A DNA stretch of 64,000 nt from contig VGPW01000001.1 in NCBI GenBank assembly GCA_016882545.1, positions 2,342 to 66,341 of the forward strand, in the 5' to 3' direction. Source of the stretch: Cyanobacteria bacterium M_surface_10_m2_179. Lineage in GTDB: Bacteria; Cyanobacteriota; Cyanobacteriia; PCC-6307; Cyanobiaceae. Within the stretch, counting starts at the first letter, position 1. Every line of letters starts with the position of its first letter. Positions 9,612 through 22,401 of this stretch are shown here, in pieces. The notes under the pieces are model-generated. The model saw only the letters and a list, made by a program, of their open reading frames with translations, had not been told where the DNA came from and made no database searches. Made by a program: the position numbers and the translations under genes.

Positions 9612-10703
9612 TCAGACGTTGAACAGAAACTCCATCACGTCGCCTTCCTCCACCACATACTCCTTGCCTTCAGCACGAAGCCAGCCTTTGTTGCGGGCTT
9701 CGGCCAGGGAGCCGGCCTCCAGAAGCTGCTTGTAGCCGATGGTTTGGGCGCGGATGAAACCACGTTCAAAGTCGGTGTGGATCACGCCCGCCGCCTGCGG
9801 GGCGGTCATGCCGGCTTTGATCGTCCAGGCGCGGGTTTCCTTCTCACCGGTGGTGAAGTAGGTGCGCAGGCCCAGCAGGCTGTAGGTGGCGCGGATCAGG
9901 CTCTGCAGGCCACCTTCCTCGATACCGAGATCCGCCAGGAACGCCGCGCGCTCCTCCTCTGGCAGTTCGATCAGCTCCGCTTCCACCTGGGCACTGATGC
10001 GCACGGTGCCGGCGCCTTCCTTCTCCGCCAGGGCTGCCACTTCGTCGCAATAGGCATTGCCGGCGGAAAGATCGTCTTCGCTCACGTTGGTGGCGTAGAT
10101 GATCGGCTTGGCGGTGAGCAGACCCAGGGGTTTCACCATCGCCGCCTCCTCATCGCTGAGCTCGATGCTGCGGGCCGCACCGCCCTGCTCCAGCACGGCC
10201 TGAATGCGCTCAAGCGCCGCATCCTCCACCTGGGCCTCCTTGCTGGTGCGCACCTGCTTCTTGAGCCGCTCGCGCCGCTTCTCCACCTGGCTCAGATCCG
10301 CCAGGCCTAGTTCCAGGTTGATCACTTCAGCGTCGCGGGCTGGGCCCACCGAGCCGCTCACGTGGATCACGTCGTCGTTTTCGAAGCAGCGCACCACGTG
10401 CACGATCGCGTCGACTTCGCGGATGTTGGCCAGAAACTTGTTGCCCAACCCCTCGCCCTGGCTGGCGCCTTTCACCAGACCAGCGATGTCCACGAATTCC
10501 ACCCGAGTGGGAATCAGCTCCTTGCTGCCGCTCAGATCAGAGAGCTGCTGCAGGCGCGGATCCGGCACCGACACCACACCCGAGTTGGGCTCGATGGTGC
10601 AGAACGGATAGTTGGCCGCCTCCGCCTGGGCGTTGGCCACGAGGGCGTTGAACAGGGTCGACTTGCCCACATTGGGCAGTCCCACGATTCCGGCTTTAAG
10701 CAT
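9612..10703 (-). CDS. ychF: ribosome-binding ATPase YchF
   Basis: GIVGLPNVGKST, ANYPFCTIEPN, DIAGLVKGASQGEGLGNKFL, TGS domain. Confidence 0.98.
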   Translation of the reverse strand: MLKAGIVGLPNVGKSTLFNALVANAQAEAANYPFCTIEPNSGVVSVPDPRLQQLSDLSGSKELIPTRVEFVDIAGLVKGASQGEGLGNKFLANIREVDAIVHVVRCFENDDVIHVSGSVGPARDAEVINLELGLADLSQVEKRRERLKKQVRTSKEAQVEDAALERIQAVLEQGGAARSIELSDEEAAMVKPLGLLTAKPIIYATNVSEDDLSAGNAYCDEVAALAEKEGAGTVRISAQVEAELIELPEEERAAFLADLGIEEGGLQSLIRATYSLLGLRTYFTTGEKETRAWTIKAGMTAPQAAGVIHTDFERGFIRAQTIGYKQLLEAGSLAEARNKGWLRAEGKEYVVEEGDVMEFLFNV

Positions 10704-10815
10704 CGGGGGAATCTACGGGGGGCACGCAGCGGGGCCGCCGGTGATCCACCCCACAGGCGCGGGGGCTGACCAGGAAGACTGGTTCGAGCGCCGGCGCCGA
10801 CCCATTCCTTCCTCC

Positions 10816-11991
10816 ATGCTCCAGCCCCCTCCGCAGCGCCAGGGCGAAGCGCCGCTGGGAACCCCGGGTCTGCCCCGCAACGCCGCCTGGCTGCAGAGAA
10901 AGCGCCTCTGGGCCGGTGTGCTGGCGGGCGTGGTGGTGATCGGCGGCGGGGTCACCCTGCTCGGCCAGCGCCGTAGTGCCAGCCAGCAACGCAGCCTGAA
11001 CACCTACACGCTGCTGGCCCGCCAGGGCTCGCTGCCGGGCGTGATCACCGCCAGCGGCGAGCTCGAGGCCTTTCGCAAGGTGAACGTGAGCCCCAAGCGC
11101 CAGGGGGTGCTCGAACAGTTGTTTGTAGAAGAGGGTGAGAGCGTGCAGGCCGGCCAGGCCCTGGCGCTGATGGACAGCGGCGATCTCAACGACCGCCTCG
11201 AGGAACTGCGGGCCCAGCTGCGCTCCGCTCAAGCCCAGCTCAACCGCAGCCAGAGCGAGCTGCAGCGGCGCGGCGCCCTGATCCGCCAGGGGGGCATCAG
11301 CCTCGACGACTACAACAGCGCCCGCTCCACCTACCTGGTGGACAAGGCCGCTGTGGAGGCGGCGCAGCAGCGGCTGCAGCAGCGCATGAAGGAGAAGGGC
11401 GACCTCACGGTGCGTGCCCCCTTCACCGGTGTGGTGACAGCCCGCTTTGCCGATCCGGGCGCCTTTGTGACCCCCACCACCTCCGCCTCCGCCAGCGCCG
11501 GTGCCAGCAGCTCCTCGATCGTGGAACTGGCGCAGGGCCTGGAAGCGGTGGCCAAGGTGCCCGAGAGCGACATCGGCCGTGTTCAGGTGGGCCAGGTGGC
11601 ATCGGTGCGGGTGGATGCCTTCCCCGACCGCCGCTTCCCGGCGCGGGTGCGCCAGATCGCACCGCGGGCCGAAAAGGTCAACAACGTCACTTCCTTCGAG
11701 GTGAAGCTGCAGCTGATCAACCCGCCGCCGGAGCTGCGGATCGGCATGACCGCCGACATCGACTTCAACACCGGCACCCTGGCCGCCCGCACCCTGATTC
11801 CCACCGTGGCGGTGGTCACCGAGCAAGGCAAACCGGGGGTGTTGTTGGTGGGGCCGGGCAATCAGCCCACCTTTCAGGCCGTCACGCTCGGGGCCAGCAG
11901 CGGCAAAGACACCCAGATCCTTGAGGGCCTCAAGCCCGGCACCCGCGTGTTCATCGATTTGCCGCCCTGGGCGAAGAAGAAACGGGAGTAA
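10816..11991 (+). CDS. efflux transporter periplasmic adaptor (HlyD/MacA family)
   Basis: N-terminal TM, lipoyl-like halves flanking a coiled coil, VRAPFTGVV, LRIGMTA. Confidence 0.92.
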   Translation: MLQPPPQRQGEAPLGTPGLPRNAAWLQRKRLWAGVLAGVVVIGGGVTLLGQRRSASQQRSLNTYTLLARQGSLPGVITASGELEAFRKVNVSPKRQGVLEQLFVEEGESVQAGQALALMDSGDLNDRLEELRAQLRSAQAQLNRSQSELQRRGALIRQGGISLDDYNSARSTYLVDKAAVEAAQQRLQQRMKEKGDLTVRAPFTGVVTARFADPGAFVTPTTSASASAGASSSSIVELAQGLEAVAKVPESDIGRVQVGQVASVRVDAFPDRRFPARVRQIAPRAEKVNNVTSFEVKLQLINPPPELRIGMTADIDFNTGTLAARTLIPTVAVVTEQGKPGVLLVGPGNQPTFQAVTLGASSGKDTQILEGLKPGTRVFIDLPPWAKKKRE

Positions 11992-11997
11992 TCCCGC

Positions 11998-13116
11998 TCA
12001 GCCGATCTGGTTAAGAAAGCGGCGGCTCACCGCCACGATCCGCTCACTGGCCTTGCCATCACCGAAGGGGTTGTGGGCCCGGGCCATCGCCTCATAGGCC
12101 TCAGCGTTGTCGAGCAGCAGCGAAGCCTCCCGCAGGATGTCGGCGCTGGCGGTGCCGATCAGCTTGGCGGTGCCGGCATCCACCGCCTCCGGCCGCTCGG
12201 TGGTGCGGCGCAGCACCAGCACCGGTTTGCCCAGGGCTGGGGCCTCCTCCTGCAGGCCACCGGAATCGCTGAGCAACAGCGTGCAGCCCCGCATCGCCGC
12301 CACCAGCTGGTCGTAATCGAGGGGTTCGGTGAGAAAGGCCCGCGGGTGATCGCCCAGCAGCGCCTGCAACGGTTCGCGCACGGTGGGGTTGCGGTGCAGT
12401 GGCAGCAGCAGGGCCGTATCGGGGAAACGCTCCAGCACCGCCAGGAAGCCTTGGCCGATCTCCTGCAACCGCTCCCCCCAGTTCTCGCGGCGGTGCACCG
12501 TGGCCAGGATCACCCGCTGCCGCGCGAAATCGAGGCCGGGGTGCTCAAACGGCGGCGCCTTCTCCGCCATCAGCAGCAGGGCATCGATCACCGTGTTGCC
12601 AGTGACGCACACCTCGCCCACCACGCCGGAGGCGCGGCAGTTGGCGGCGGACACCTCCGTAGGAGCGAAGTGCAACTGGGCCACCTGCGAGATCAGCCGT
12701 CTGTTCGCTTCCTCTGGATAGGGATCCATGATGTTGTCGGTGCGCAGGCCGGCCTCCACATGGCCCACCGGCACCTGGGCGTAGAAGGCCGCCAGGGCTG
12801 AGGCAAAGGCGGTGGTGGTGTCGCCCTGCACCAGCACCAGATCGGGCCGGTGCTGTTCAAACTCCGCCTGCAAACCCTGCAGCGCGCCACAGGTGATGTG
12901 GGTGAGGGTCTGCTTGGGAGCCATCAGCTCCAGGTCGTGATCGGCCTGCAGATCAAACAGGTCCATCACCTGGGCCACCATCTCCCGGTGCTGACCGGTG
13001 AGCACCACGCGCGTGTGGAAATCAGGTGACGCCTGGAAGGCCTGAATCACGGGCGCCAACTTGATGGCCTCCGGGCGCGTGCCCAGCACGATGCAAACGT
13101 TGTGGGGGGTGCTCAC
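11998..13116 (-). CDS. wecB: UDP-N-acetylglucosamine 2-epimerase (non-hydrolysing)
   Basis: GTRPEAIKLAP, TGQHRE, VQGDTTT, HVEAGLR, DSGGLQEE, NPFGDG. Confidence 0.97.
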   Translation of the reverse strand: MSTPHNVCIVLGTRPEAIKLAPVIQAFQASPDFHTRVVLTGQHREMVAQVMDLFDLQADHDLELMAPKQTLTHITCGALQGLQAEFEQHRPDLVLVQGDTTTAFASALAAFYAQVPVGHVEAGLRTDNIMDPYPEEANRRLISQVAQLHFAPTEVSAANCRASGVVGEVCVTGNTVIDALLLMAEKAPPFEHPGLDFARQRVILATVHRRENWGERLQEIGQGFLAVLERFPDTALLLPLHRNPTVREPLQALLGDHPRAFLTEPLDYDQLVAAMRGCTLLLSDSGGLQEEAPALGKPVLVLRRTTERPEAVDAGTAKLIGTASADILREASLLLDNAEAYEAMARAHNPFGDGKASERIVAVSRRFLNQIG

Positions 13117-13211
13117 GGTGGCCGGGCAGTCAGCCGGATCCTAAAGATGGCGCGCGAAATCCCTAGGCAACCCCAGCATCCGCCGCGAAGCTGGAGCCAG
13201 CCATCCATGCC

Positions 13212-14410
<1,199 letters not shown>

Positions 14411-14414
<4 letters not shown>

Positions 14415-14593
14415 GCCTTGCCGGTGAGACGGGCCACCAGCAGCACGCTCAGCCCCACCGACAGGCCCAGCATCGCCATGCGGCCGTTCCAGATCTCAGC
14501 CTGGGGAGTGAAACCACGCTTCCACTGGTTGAGCTCCTCAGGGGGAGCCACCTCCACATCGGCGGCGTTGGGTGTCGGTTGAGCGGTTGCCAT
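14411..14593 (-). CDS. hli: high-light inducible protein (Hlip/SCP)
   Basis: GFTPQAEIWNGRMAMLG chlorophyll-binding motif and a single TM. Confidence 0.93.
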
Positions 14594-14627
14594 CGCCTGA
14601 ACCGTGAGTCTTCCCACCCTAGAGAGC

Positions 14628-15695
14628 TCAAAAGGGGGCTTGCGGTTCATAGAGAACAGGAGCCTCCTCCAGTGCCAGGCGCGGGGCCACCGCCAGCTCG
14701 ATCGCGCTCCTGGCACCGGCTGCGAAGCGCTGCTCGGCCGCCACAGCGATCATCGCGGCGTTGTCGGTGCAGTAGGCCAATGGCGCCAGGCGCCATTGGA
14801 TGCCCAGAGCGGAGCAGCGCTGCTCAAGGCGCTGGCGCAGGCGCCGGTTGGCCGCCACACCGCCCACCATCACCAACGTGCTCAAGCCTTGATCACGCAC
14901 ACAGCGCGTGGTGCGCTCCACCAACACATCGGCCACCACCTGCTCGAAGCTGGCGGCCACATCGGCGATCGGGAAGGGTTCACCACCCGCCGCTTCATCC
15001 GCCTTGAGCTGATTCACCAGACGCAGCACCGCTGTTTTCAATCCCGAGAAGCTGAAGTCGTAGGGATGGAAACCACCGCCAGGCTGCGACACACGCCCTT
15101 TCGGCAACACAAACCGCGTGGGATCACCGTGTTCAGCAGCCGCCTGAATCGCCGGGCCGCCCGGATAACCGAGGCCCAGCAATCGGGCCACCTTGTCGAA
15201 GGCTTCCCCGGCGGCATCGTCGCGGCTGCGAGCCAGTCGCTGATAGCAACCGGGGCCATCCACGCGGATCATCTCGGTGTGGCCGCCGCTCACCAGCAGC
15301 ACCAGATAGGGCCCCGGCGGCAGCGGTTCACCCAGCTGCACGGAGCAGAGATGGCCTTCGAGGTGATGAACGCCCAGAAAGGGTTTGCCATAGAGCCGCG
15401 CCAGACTGCGGCCAGTGACCGATCCCACCAGCAGCGCGCCCACCAGGCCGGGGGCGGCCGTCGCGGCGATGGCATCGAGCTCAGCGAAGGCCACACCGCT
15501 CTGCTGCATCACCTGCTCGATCAGCGCCGGCAGGGCCTCCACATGGCGGCGGGAGGCGATCTCAGGCACCACGCCGCCCCAGCGCGCGTGCTCCTCCACT
15601 TGTGAGGCCACAGCGCTCGCCAACACCCGCTGATCCCGCACCACGGCTGCCGCCGACTCGTCACAACTTGTTTCGAGGGCCAGCAGGGTTGGCAT
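14628..15695 (-). CDS. tsaD: tRNA N6-threonylcarbamoyladenosine synthase TsaD
   Basis: [50 protein letters not shown]. Confidence 0.97.
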   Translation of the reverse strand: MPTLLALETSCDESAAAVVRDQRVLASAVASQVEEHARWGGVVPEIASRRHVEALPALIEQVMQQSGVAFAELDAIAATAAPGLVGALLVGSVTGRSLARLYGKPFLGVHHLEGHLCSVQLGEPLPPGPYLVLLVSGGHTEMIRVDGPGCYQRLARSRDDAAGEAFDKVARLLGLGYPGGPAIQAAAEHGDPTRFVLPKGRVSQPGGGFHPYDFSFSGLKTAVLRLVNQLKADEAAGGEPFPIADVAASFEQVVADVLVERTTRCVRDQGLSTLVMVGGVAANRRLRQRLEQRCSALGIQWRLAPLAYCTDNAAMIAVAAEQRFAAGARSAIELAVAPRLALEEAPVLYEPQAPF

Positions 15696-15757
15696 TGATT
15701 CAGAGGGCCGCTCTTAGGGTCCGTCAGTGACATCCTGCCGTGCAGCAGCTGGACCCG

Positions 15758-16237
15758 ATGCGCCGCCTTTTTGCTGTTCTGATTTCTGCCCTGCTGATCT
15801 TCGGCTTTGCCCCTGTGGCCAAGGCCGACGTGGCGGGTCTGACCCCCTGCGCTGAAAGCGCCCGCTTCCAGCAGCGCGCCGCTGCTGCCACCACCGACCA
15901 GGCCAAGGCTCGCTTTGCGATGTATAGCCAGGCCTCCTGCGGTGCTGATGGCCTGCCCCACCTGATCGTGGATGGCCGCCTCAGCCACGCCGGCGACTTC
16001 ATCATCCCCGGCATCGCCTTCCTCTACATCGCGGGTTGCATCGGCTGGGCCGGTCGCAACTACCTGATCGCAATCCGCGGTGATAAGGACGCCACCATGA
16101 AGGAAATCCAGATCGATCTGTCGCTGGCCTTCAAGAGCACCCTGGCTGCCGCCACCTGGCCCCTTGCTGCCTTTGGCGCACTCACCAGCGGCAAGCTCAC
16201 CGAATCCGACGACAAGATCACCGTCTCCCCTCGCTGA
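15758..16237 (+). CDS. psaF: photosystem I subunit III
   Basis: [23 protein letters not shown]-terminal ITVSPR. Confidence 0.97.
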   Translation: MRRLFAVLISALLIFGFAPVAKADVAGLTPCAESARFQQRAAAATTDQAKARFAMYSQASCGADGLPHLIVDGRLSHAGDFIIPGIAFLYIAGCIGWAGRNYLIAIRGDKDATMKEIQIDLSLAFKSTLAAATWPLAAFGALTSGKLTESDDKITVSPR

Positions 16238-16270
16238 GTTTCAGCGCTGTTCCAAACACCCTTTCCAACG

Positions 16271-16387
16271 ATGAAGAAGTTCCTCACCACCGCTCCGGTG
16301 TTTGCCGCGATCTGGTTCACCGTCACCGCCGGCATCCTGATCGAGTTCAACCGCTTCTATCCGGATCTGCTGTTCCACCCGATGTAA
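16271..16387 (+). CDS. psaJ: photosystem I subunit IX (38 aa, absent from the ORF track)
   Basis: Manual translation [38 protein letters not shown]. Confidence 0.97.
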   Translation: MKKFLTTAPVFAAIWFTVTAGILIEFNRFYPDLLFHPM

Positions 16388-16395
16388 TCAGCTCC

Positions 16396-16418
16396 GGCCC
16401 CGCAAGGGGCCTTTTTTT
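16396..16418 (+). terminator. Rho-independent terminator of psaFJ
   Basis: GGCCCC-GCAA-GGGGCC hairpin followed by T7. Confidence 0.92.
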
Positions 16419-16421
16419 GGC

Positions 16422-16991
16422 TCAGGCCAAGCCCAGCAGACGCTCAAGCTCCGCCAGGGCCTGATCGAGATCGGCATTCACCAGCACGGCATCAAATTCC
16501 GAGGCGGCCTCCAGCTCCACCCGAGCTCGCTCCAGCCGGCGGCTGATGGCCTCCTCGCTATCGGTGCCGCGGCCGCGGATGCGCCGCTCCAGCTCCTCAA
16601 AGGAGGGCGGCTCGATGAAGATCTGAAAGCCACTGGGAAAGCTCTGGCGCACCTGCCGCGCGCCTTCCAGCTCGATCTCCAACACCACCGGCCGGCCTGA
16701 GGCGAGCTGCTGCTCCACAGGCTGGCGGGGTGTGCCGTAGCAATTGCCCGCAAACTCAGCCCACTCCAGCAAGCCGCCCGCCGCCACCCGGGCGTCGAAG
16801 TCGGAGCGGTCGAGGAAGAAGTAGTGCTGGCCATCCACCTCACCGTTGCGGGGTGCCCTGGTGGTGGCGGAAATCGAGAGCCAGATCTGGGGGTGCCGCT
16901 GCAGCAGGGCCGCCACCAGGGTGCCCTTGCCCACACCGCTGGGGCCCGTGATCAGAAACAGCCGGCCGGCGCTGGGAGCCTCGGCAACCAT
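16422..16991 (-). CDS. gmk: guanylate kinase
   Basis: [31 protein letters not shown]; true start at 16991 inside the 472-aa track ORF. Confidence 0.96.
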   Translation of the reverse strand: MVAEAPSAGRLFLITGPSGVGKGTLVAALLQRHPQIWLSISATTRAPRNGEVDGQHYFFLDRSDFDARVAAGGLLEWAEFAGNCYGTPRQPVEQQLASGRPVVLEIELEGARQVRQSFPSGFQIFIEPPSFEELERRIRGRGTDSEEAISRRLERARVELEAASEFDAVLVNADLDQALAELERLLGLA

Positions 16992-17051
16992 TGGGATCGT
17001 GCGCGGCCCTGCAGAGTAGGTGTGCCGCTGCAACCACTCCCGCCCGCGCCC

Positions 17052-18767
17052 ATGGCCGCTGCGTCGCTCCAGGCCATGGACCTCACCAGCCTGCGGGCGG
17101 TGTTGAGTGAGTTGCAGCCGCTGCTGCTGCCCAGTCGCTTTGAGAAGGCCCAGCAGGCGGATGGCCACACGCTGCAGCTGGGATTTCGCACGCTGGAGCG
17201 TCGCCTCTGGCTGGAGTTGAGCTGGCTGGCGGAAGCCCCGAGGCTGCTGGCGATCGAGCCGCCACCGCGGCTGGGCGATGGCAGCACCCTGGCGCAGCAA
17301 CTGCAGCACGGCCTGGGGGGACTGGCCCTGGTGAGCCTGGAGCAACAAGGGTGGGAGCGCGTGGTGGAGCTGGGCTTCGCGCCACGCCCCGGCGAGCCGC
17401 AGCAGCGCTGGCTGGTGCTGGAGCTGATGGGGCGCCACAGCAATCTGTTTCTGCTGGATGAGCAGCGCCGGGTGGTGGCCGCCGCCCGGCAGGTGCGGCA
17501 CCAACACTCGCGGCTGCGGCCGATCGGCACCGGCGATGCCTACAGCCCACCACCGCCCCTGGCCGGCCAGCCGCCCAGTGGGGCTGAACCCTTCGAACAC
17601 TGGCAGACGCAACTGAAGCTGCTGCCCCTGCCGCTGCGCAAGGCTCTGCAAAGCGCCTATCAGGGCATCAGCCCTGCCCTGGCGATGCAGCTGGCCGGCG
17701 ACGACAGCGACAGCCCCGCCCTGCTCGCCCAGCCGGTGGACACGCTCACCCCCAGCCAGTGGCAGCAGCTCTGGCAGCGATGGCAACACTGGCTGGCCGC
17801 CCTTGAGCAGCACCGATTCCAGTTCAGCCCCGGCCTCCACTGCGCCTATCGCTGCTGGCCGGCGGCAGGAATCGCAACCAACGCAGCGGCACAGCCGTTA
17901 GCGATCAACCAGGCCCTGGCCGCCTACCATCAGGAACGCCTGCAGCAGCGTCAGGTGCAGCAACGGCAGCACAGCCTGCGACAGCGCCTGGAGCAGCTGC
18001 TGCAGCGGGAGCGCGGCCAACAGGAGCACCAGCAACAGCTGCTCGATCAGGTGGAGAACAGCGACACGCTGCAGCGGCAGGGGGATGCGCTGCTCTGCCT
18101 GGCGCAACCCAGCCGCGAGCAGGTGGCCGAAGCCCAGGCGCTCTACAAGCGAGCCCGCAAACTGCGGCGCTCCGTGGCGGCGATCACCCCGCGGCTGGAG
18201 CAGCACCAGCAGCGGATCGAGCAGCTCGACGCCAGCCTCACCTATCTCGAGCAGGCCGCCAGCGAACCGGAGGCCGCGGCCCTGGAGCTGCTGCAAGGCC
18301 TGGATGACGACCTCACGCTGCTGCTGGAGGCCCGGCCATCACGCAAACGCCAGCGCAATGCCAACACCGGCACCCCCCAACCGCTGGAGCTCAGCAGCCC
18401 CGGTGGGCTGCGCCTGCAGGTGGGCCGCAACCACAGACAAAACGAGTGGATCAGCCTGCGCCAGGCCCGCCGCGGCGATCTCTGGTTCCACGCCCAGGAG
18501 TGTCCCGGCAGCCATGTGGTGCTGAAGGCCTCGGAGGGGGTATGCGGCGATGCCGACCTGCAGGCAGCGGCCGATCTGGCTGCCCACTACAGCCGGGCGC
18601 GGGGCAACAGCCGGGTGGCGGTGGTGATGGTGCCCTGCGAGGAGCTGCAGCGCATCGCCGGCGCCGGGCCAGGCACGGTGCGACATCGGGGCGGAGAGGT
18701 GCTCTGGGCGGATCCGAGCCGCGCTGCCGCCCTGCTCCCTAGCCTCGGGCGGGAGCAAGAGCGATGA
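17052..18767 (+). CDS. rqcH: NFACT/FbpA family ribosome quality control protein RqcH
   Basis: [36 protein letters not shown]. Confidence 0.9.
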   Translation: MAAASLQAMDLTSLRAVLSELQPLLLPSRFEKAQQADGHTLQLGFRTLERRLWLELSWLAEAPRLLAIEPPPRLGDGSTLAQQLQHGLGGLALVSLEQQGWERVVELGFAPRPGEPQQRWLVLELMGRHSNLFLLDEQRRVVAAARQVRHQHSRLRPIGTGDAYSPPPPLAGQPPSGAEPFEHWQTQLKLLPLPLRKALQSAYQGISPALAMQLAGDDSDSPALLAQPVDTLTPSQWQQLWQRWQHWLAALEQHRFQFSPGLHCAYRCWPAAGIATNAAAQPLAINQALAAYHQERLQQRQVQQRQHSLRQRLEQLLQRERGQQEHQQQLLDQVENSDTLQRQGDALLCLAQPSREQVAEAQALYKRARKLRRSVAAITPRLEQHQQRIEQLDASLTYLEQAASEPEAAALELLQGLDDDLTLLLEARPSRKRQRNANTGTPQPLELSSPGGLRLQVGRNHRQNEWISLRQARRGDLWFHAQECPGSHVVLKASEGVCGDADLQAAADLAAHYSRARGNSRVAVVMVPCEELQRIAGAGPGTVRHRGGEVLWADPSRAAALLPSLGREQER

Positions 18768-19573
18768 GCGAACCCGACAGCCTGCCCAACACCGTGCTGC
18801 CCCCACCGGAACCGATCCGTGTGGCCGCTGCCGGCAGCGCTGCCTCCACCCACCCCGACGACCAGTTCCCGGGCGAGGTGGAGATGACCCTGGTGGACCA
18901 TCTCGAGGAGCTGCGGCGCCGCATCTTCCGCAGCCTGTTGGCGGTGGTGATCGGTGCAGCGGGCTGCCTGCTGCTGGTGAAACCGCTGGTGCGGCTGCTG
19001 GAGGTGCCGGCCAAGGGCATTCATTTCCTACAGCTGGCCCCGGGGGAATTCCTGTTCGTGTCGCTCAAGGTGGCCGGCTATTCCGGCCTCACCCTGGCGC
19101 TGCCCTACGTGCTCTACGAGGCCCTGGGGTTTGTGCTGCCGGGCCTCACCCGCCGGGAGCAACGGCTCGTGGCACCAGCGGTGGGGGGCTCAGCTGTGTT
19201 GTTTCTGGCCGGGCTGGCCTTTGCCTGGTGGGCCCTGGTGCCCGCCGCTCTCAATTTTCTGGTGAGCTACGGCGCCGATGTGGTGGAGCCGCTCTGGTCG
19301 ATCGAGCGCTATCTCGATTTCGTGCTGTTGCTGATGGTGGCCACGGCCCTGGCCTTTCAGCTGCCTGTGTTGCAGATGCTGCTGGCGGCCCTGGGGCTGG
19401 TGCGCGCCCAGGCCATGCTCGCGGCCTGGCGGTTTGTGGTGGTGGCTTCGGCCCTGGCTGGAGCCGTGCTCACACCGTCCACCGATCCGGTGACGATGCT
19501 GCTGCTGAGCGGAGCGATCACAGCGCTCTATCTGTTGGGCGTGGGCCTGGCGAGGCTGGTGCAGCGCGTTTAA
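18764..19573 (+). CDS. tatC: twin-arginine translocase subunit TatC
   Basis: EMTLVDHLEELRRR, FVLPGL, LTPSTDP. Confidence 0.97.
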   Translation: MSEPDSLPNTVLPPPEPIRVAAAGSAASTHPDDQFPGEVEMTLVDHLEELRRRIFRSLLAVVIGAAGCLLLVKPLVRLLEVPAKGIHFLQLAPGEFLFVSLKVAGYSGLTLALPYVLYEALGFVLPGLTRREQRLVAPAVGGSAVLFLAGLAFAWWALVPAALNFLVSYGADVVEPLWSIERYLDFVLLLMVATALAFQLPVLQMLLAALGLVRAQAMLAAWRFVVVASALAGAVLTPSTDPVTMLLLSGAITALYLLGVGLARLVQRV

Positions 19574-19929
19574 AGCAGAAATTCGCTGGCCCGCCCCTCT
19601 GGCAGATCCAGGGCCAGCGACATCGCCTTGCCCAGCCGCGGCTTGTCGGTGGTGGTGGTGAGCCAGTGGCGCACCTGCGCCGCCACCCCCAATCCATTGA
19701 GATTCGCCACAAGCTCCTCCACCCGAGCCGTGTAGTCGTCAGCCGTCATCGGGAACGACTGCTGCTCCAGATAGCCCCACATCACCTGGAAATACAAACG
19801 GCCGCGGCGCAGGATCAACTGCAGGTCGTAGGAGGCCTGCCAGCGCTGGCGCAGGATCTGGAGCACCTCAGCGCTGCTGAGCGGAGCGTCGGACGGCAGG
19901 GTCACAAAGACGGGGGCGCGCAACAGCAT
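19570..19929 (-). CDS. DUF3067 family protein
   Basis: RWQASYDLQL, QVMWGYLEQQSFP, PRLGKA, terminal EF; start may be GTG 19905. Confidence 0.85.
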   Translation of the reverse strand: MLLRAPVFVTLPSDAPLSSAEVLQILRQRWQASYDLQLILRRGRLYFQVMWGYLEQQSFPMTADDYTARVEELVANLNGLGVAAQVRHWLTTTTDKPRLGKAMSLALDLPEGRASEFLL

Positions 19930-20027
19930 GTTGCAGGCTGCCGGCGCCAGCCCGTTTCGGCCAGCGGGAGCCGGTGGGGCAACGTCCATAATGGGCGCCA
20001 AATTGCAGTGGCTGCATCGCCGCCCGT

Positions 20028-20576
20028 ATGACCCAGATCCCAGCAAGCGCCTCGAGTGGTGACGTGCCCGGAATGGGTCGTCGTCAGTTCATGAACCTGC
20101 TCACCTTCGGGTCGGTGACCGGCGTGGCGCTGGGCGCCCTCTATCCGGTGGTGAACTACTTCATCCCCCCCAAGGCTGCGGGGTCCGGTGGAGGCACCTC
20201 CGCCAAGGACGAGCTGGGTAATGCCGTGACCGCCAGCGGCTGGCTGAGCACCCACCGCGAAGGTGACCGCAACCTGGTGCAGGGCCTCAAGGGTGACCCC
20301 ACCTACCTGATCGTTGAGGGCAGCGATGCCATCGGCAGCTACGGCATCAACGCCATCTGCACCCACCTGGGTTGCGTGGTGCCCTGGAACGCCGCGGCCA
20401 ACAAGTTCATGTGCCCCTGCCACGGCTCGCAATACGACGCCACTGGCAAGGTGGTGCGCGGCCCTGCCCCCCTCTCCCTGGCCCTGGCCCACGTGAGCGT
20501 GGACAGCGACAACGTGTTCCTGAGCCAGTGGACCGAAACCGATTTCCGCACCGGCGAGAAGCCCTGGTGGGTCTGA
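20028..20576 (+). CDS. petC: cytochrome b6f Rieske Fe-S protein
   Basis: Tat signal GRRQFMN, CTHLGC, CPCHGS, GPAPLSL. Confidence 0.98.
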   Translation: MTQIPASASSGDVPGMGRRQFMNLLTFGSVTGVALGALYPVVNYFIPPKAAGSGGGTSAKDELGNAVTASGWLSTHREGDRNLVQGLKGDPTYLIVEGSDAIGSYGINAICTHLGCVVPWNAAANKFMCPCHGSQYDATGKVVRGPAPLSLALAHVSVDSDNVFLSQWTETDFRTGEKPWWV

Positions 20577-20614
20577 TCTCCTCTCCAGTCGTCTCCCCCT
20601 CGTTTCTCCGCCCC

Positions 20615-21547
20615 ATGCGTCGCCCCTTCTCCCTGCTGCTGAGCTCGCTGCTGGCCCTCGGCGCTCTGCTGTTCGCCCCCCAGGCCAGCTGGGCCTATCC
20701 GTTCTGGGCGCAACAGAACTACGACTACCCCCGCGAAGCCACCGGCAAGCTGGCCTGCGCCAACTGCCACCTGGCCAAGAAGCCCACCCACGTGGAACTG
20801 CCTCAGGCCGTGTTCCCCGATGAGGTGTTCAAGGTGGAAGTGGAAATCCCCTACGACACCGCCGTGCAGCAGGTGGCTGGCGATGGCAGTCCCACCGGCC
20901 TGAATGTGGGCGCCGTTGTGATGCTCCCCGATGGCTTCACCCTCGCACCGGCGGATCGCCTCACCGACGAGCTCAAGGAAGAGACCGCCGGTGTGTATGT
21001 GACCACCTGGAACGACGCGAACCCCAACATCCTGTTGGTGGGCCCCCTCCCCGGCGACGATCACCAGAAGATCGTGTTCCCGATCCTCTCCCCCGATCCC
21101 GCGACCGATAGCGCCATTCACTTCGGCAAATATCAACTCCACGTGGGCGGTAACCGCGGCCGCGGCCAGGTGTATCCCACCGGTGAGAAGAGCAACAACA
21201 GCGCTTTCACGGCCTCCGCAGCCGGCACCGTGGATGCGATCAACGCGGGCGATAACGGCGGCTCGGTGGTAATGATCAAAACCGCCGACGGCACCAGCGT
21301 CAGCGAAACCATCCCTGCTGGCCCCACCATCACCGCTCAGGTGGGTGACGTGGTGGCCGCTGGTGCTGCCCTCACCAACGACCCCAATGTGGGTGGCTTT
21401 GGTCAGCTCGATGCCGAGGTGGTGCTGCAGAACCCCAACCGCATCTATGGCCTGCTCGCCTTCTTCGCCGCCGTGGCCCTGGCCCAGATCATGCTGGTGC
21501 TGAAGAAGAAGCAGGTAGAAAAGGTGCAGGCTGCCGAAGGCGTTTGA
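20615..21547 (+). CDS. petA: apocytochrome f
   Basis: [36 protein letters not shown]. Confidence 0.98.
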   Translation: MRRPFSLLLSSLLALGALLFAPQASWAYPFWAQQNYDYPREATGKLACANCHLAKKPTHVELPQAVFPDEVFKVEVEIPYDTAVQQVAGDGSPTGLNVGAVVMLPDGFTLAPADRLTDELKEETAGVYVTTWNDANPNILLVGPLPGDDHQKIVFPILSPDPATDSAIHFGKYQLHVGGNRGRGQVYPTGEKSNNSAFTASAAGTVDAINAGDNGGSVVMIKTADGTSVSETIPAGPTITAQVGDVVAAGAALTNDPNVGGFGQLDAEVVLQNPNRIYGLLAFFAAVALAQIMLVLKKKQVEKVQAAEGV

Positions 21548-22401
21548 TGCCCCTCGCTCTGTTCACCTCACCGGGGCCCTTGCTGTTTCAGCTGGGGCCC
21601 TTTTCTCTGCGCTGGTATGGCCTGCTGATCGCCGTTGCCGTGCTGCTAGGGCTGCTGCTGGCCACGCGGCTGGGCAAACAACGGGGCCTGGATCCAACTC
21701 TGATCGCCGATCTGCTGCCGATCCTGGTGTTGGCCGCCGTGGTTGGCGCGAGGCTGTATTACGTGACCTTCGAGTGGCGGCAATACCAGCTCAATTGGCT
21801 GGATGCGCTGGCCATCTGGCGAGGCGGCATCGCCATCCACGGTGCCCTGATCGGCGGCAGCCTGGCGGTGATCCTCTACAGCCGCTGGCGGCGGATCGCC
21901 TTCTGGAACCTGCTGGATGTGCTGCTGCCGTCGGTGGCGCTGGGCCAGGCCATCGGACGCTGGGGGAACTTCTTCAACTCCGAAGCCTTCGGCCTGCCCA
22001 CTGATCTGCCCTGGAAGCTCACGATTCCCTACGCCAGCCGGCCCGTGGAGTTCCTCGACCAGAGCACCTTCCACCCCACCTTCCTCTACGAATCCCTCTG
22101 GAATCTGGGCGTGCTGGCCCTGCTGCTGGTGCTGTTTGAGCGGGGTGTGCGGGGCAGGATCAACCTGCCGGTGGGCGCCATCAGCTGCATCTATCTGGTG
22201 GCCTACAGCTGCGGCCGCTTCTGGATTGAAGGCCTGCGCATCGACCCGCTCTGCCTGCTGGGCACACCGCCCGACTGCGACGGCGGCCTGCGCATGGCGC
22301 AATTGGTGAGCCTGGCGCTAATCGCTTTGGGCGCTTTCGGTCTTTACTGGCTCTATTGCCGGCGTCAACCGCTGCCTGATCCCAGCGGAGTGCAGGCATG
22401 A
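21547..22401 (+). CDS. lgt: prolipoprotein diacylglyceryl transferase
   Basis: [33 protein letters not shown]. Confidence 0.97.
   Translation: MPLALFTSPGPLLFQLGPFSLRWYGLLIAVAVLLGLLLATRLGKQRGLDPTLIADLLPILVLAAVVGARLYYVTFEWRQYQLNWLDALAIWRGGIAIHGALIGGSLAVILYSRWRRIAFWNLLDVLLPSVALGQAIGRWGNFFNSEAFGLPTDLPWKLTIPYASRPVEFLDQSTFHPTFLYESLWNLGVLALLLVLFERGVRGRINLPVGAISCIYLVAYSCGRFWIEGLRIDPLCLLGTPPDCDGGLRMAQLVSLALIALGAFGLYWLYCRRQPLPDPSGVQA

Noticed and set aside
16422-17840. 472-aa extended guanylate kinase
   Set aside because: The extension is antisense to rqcH; gmk motifs begin right after ATG 16991
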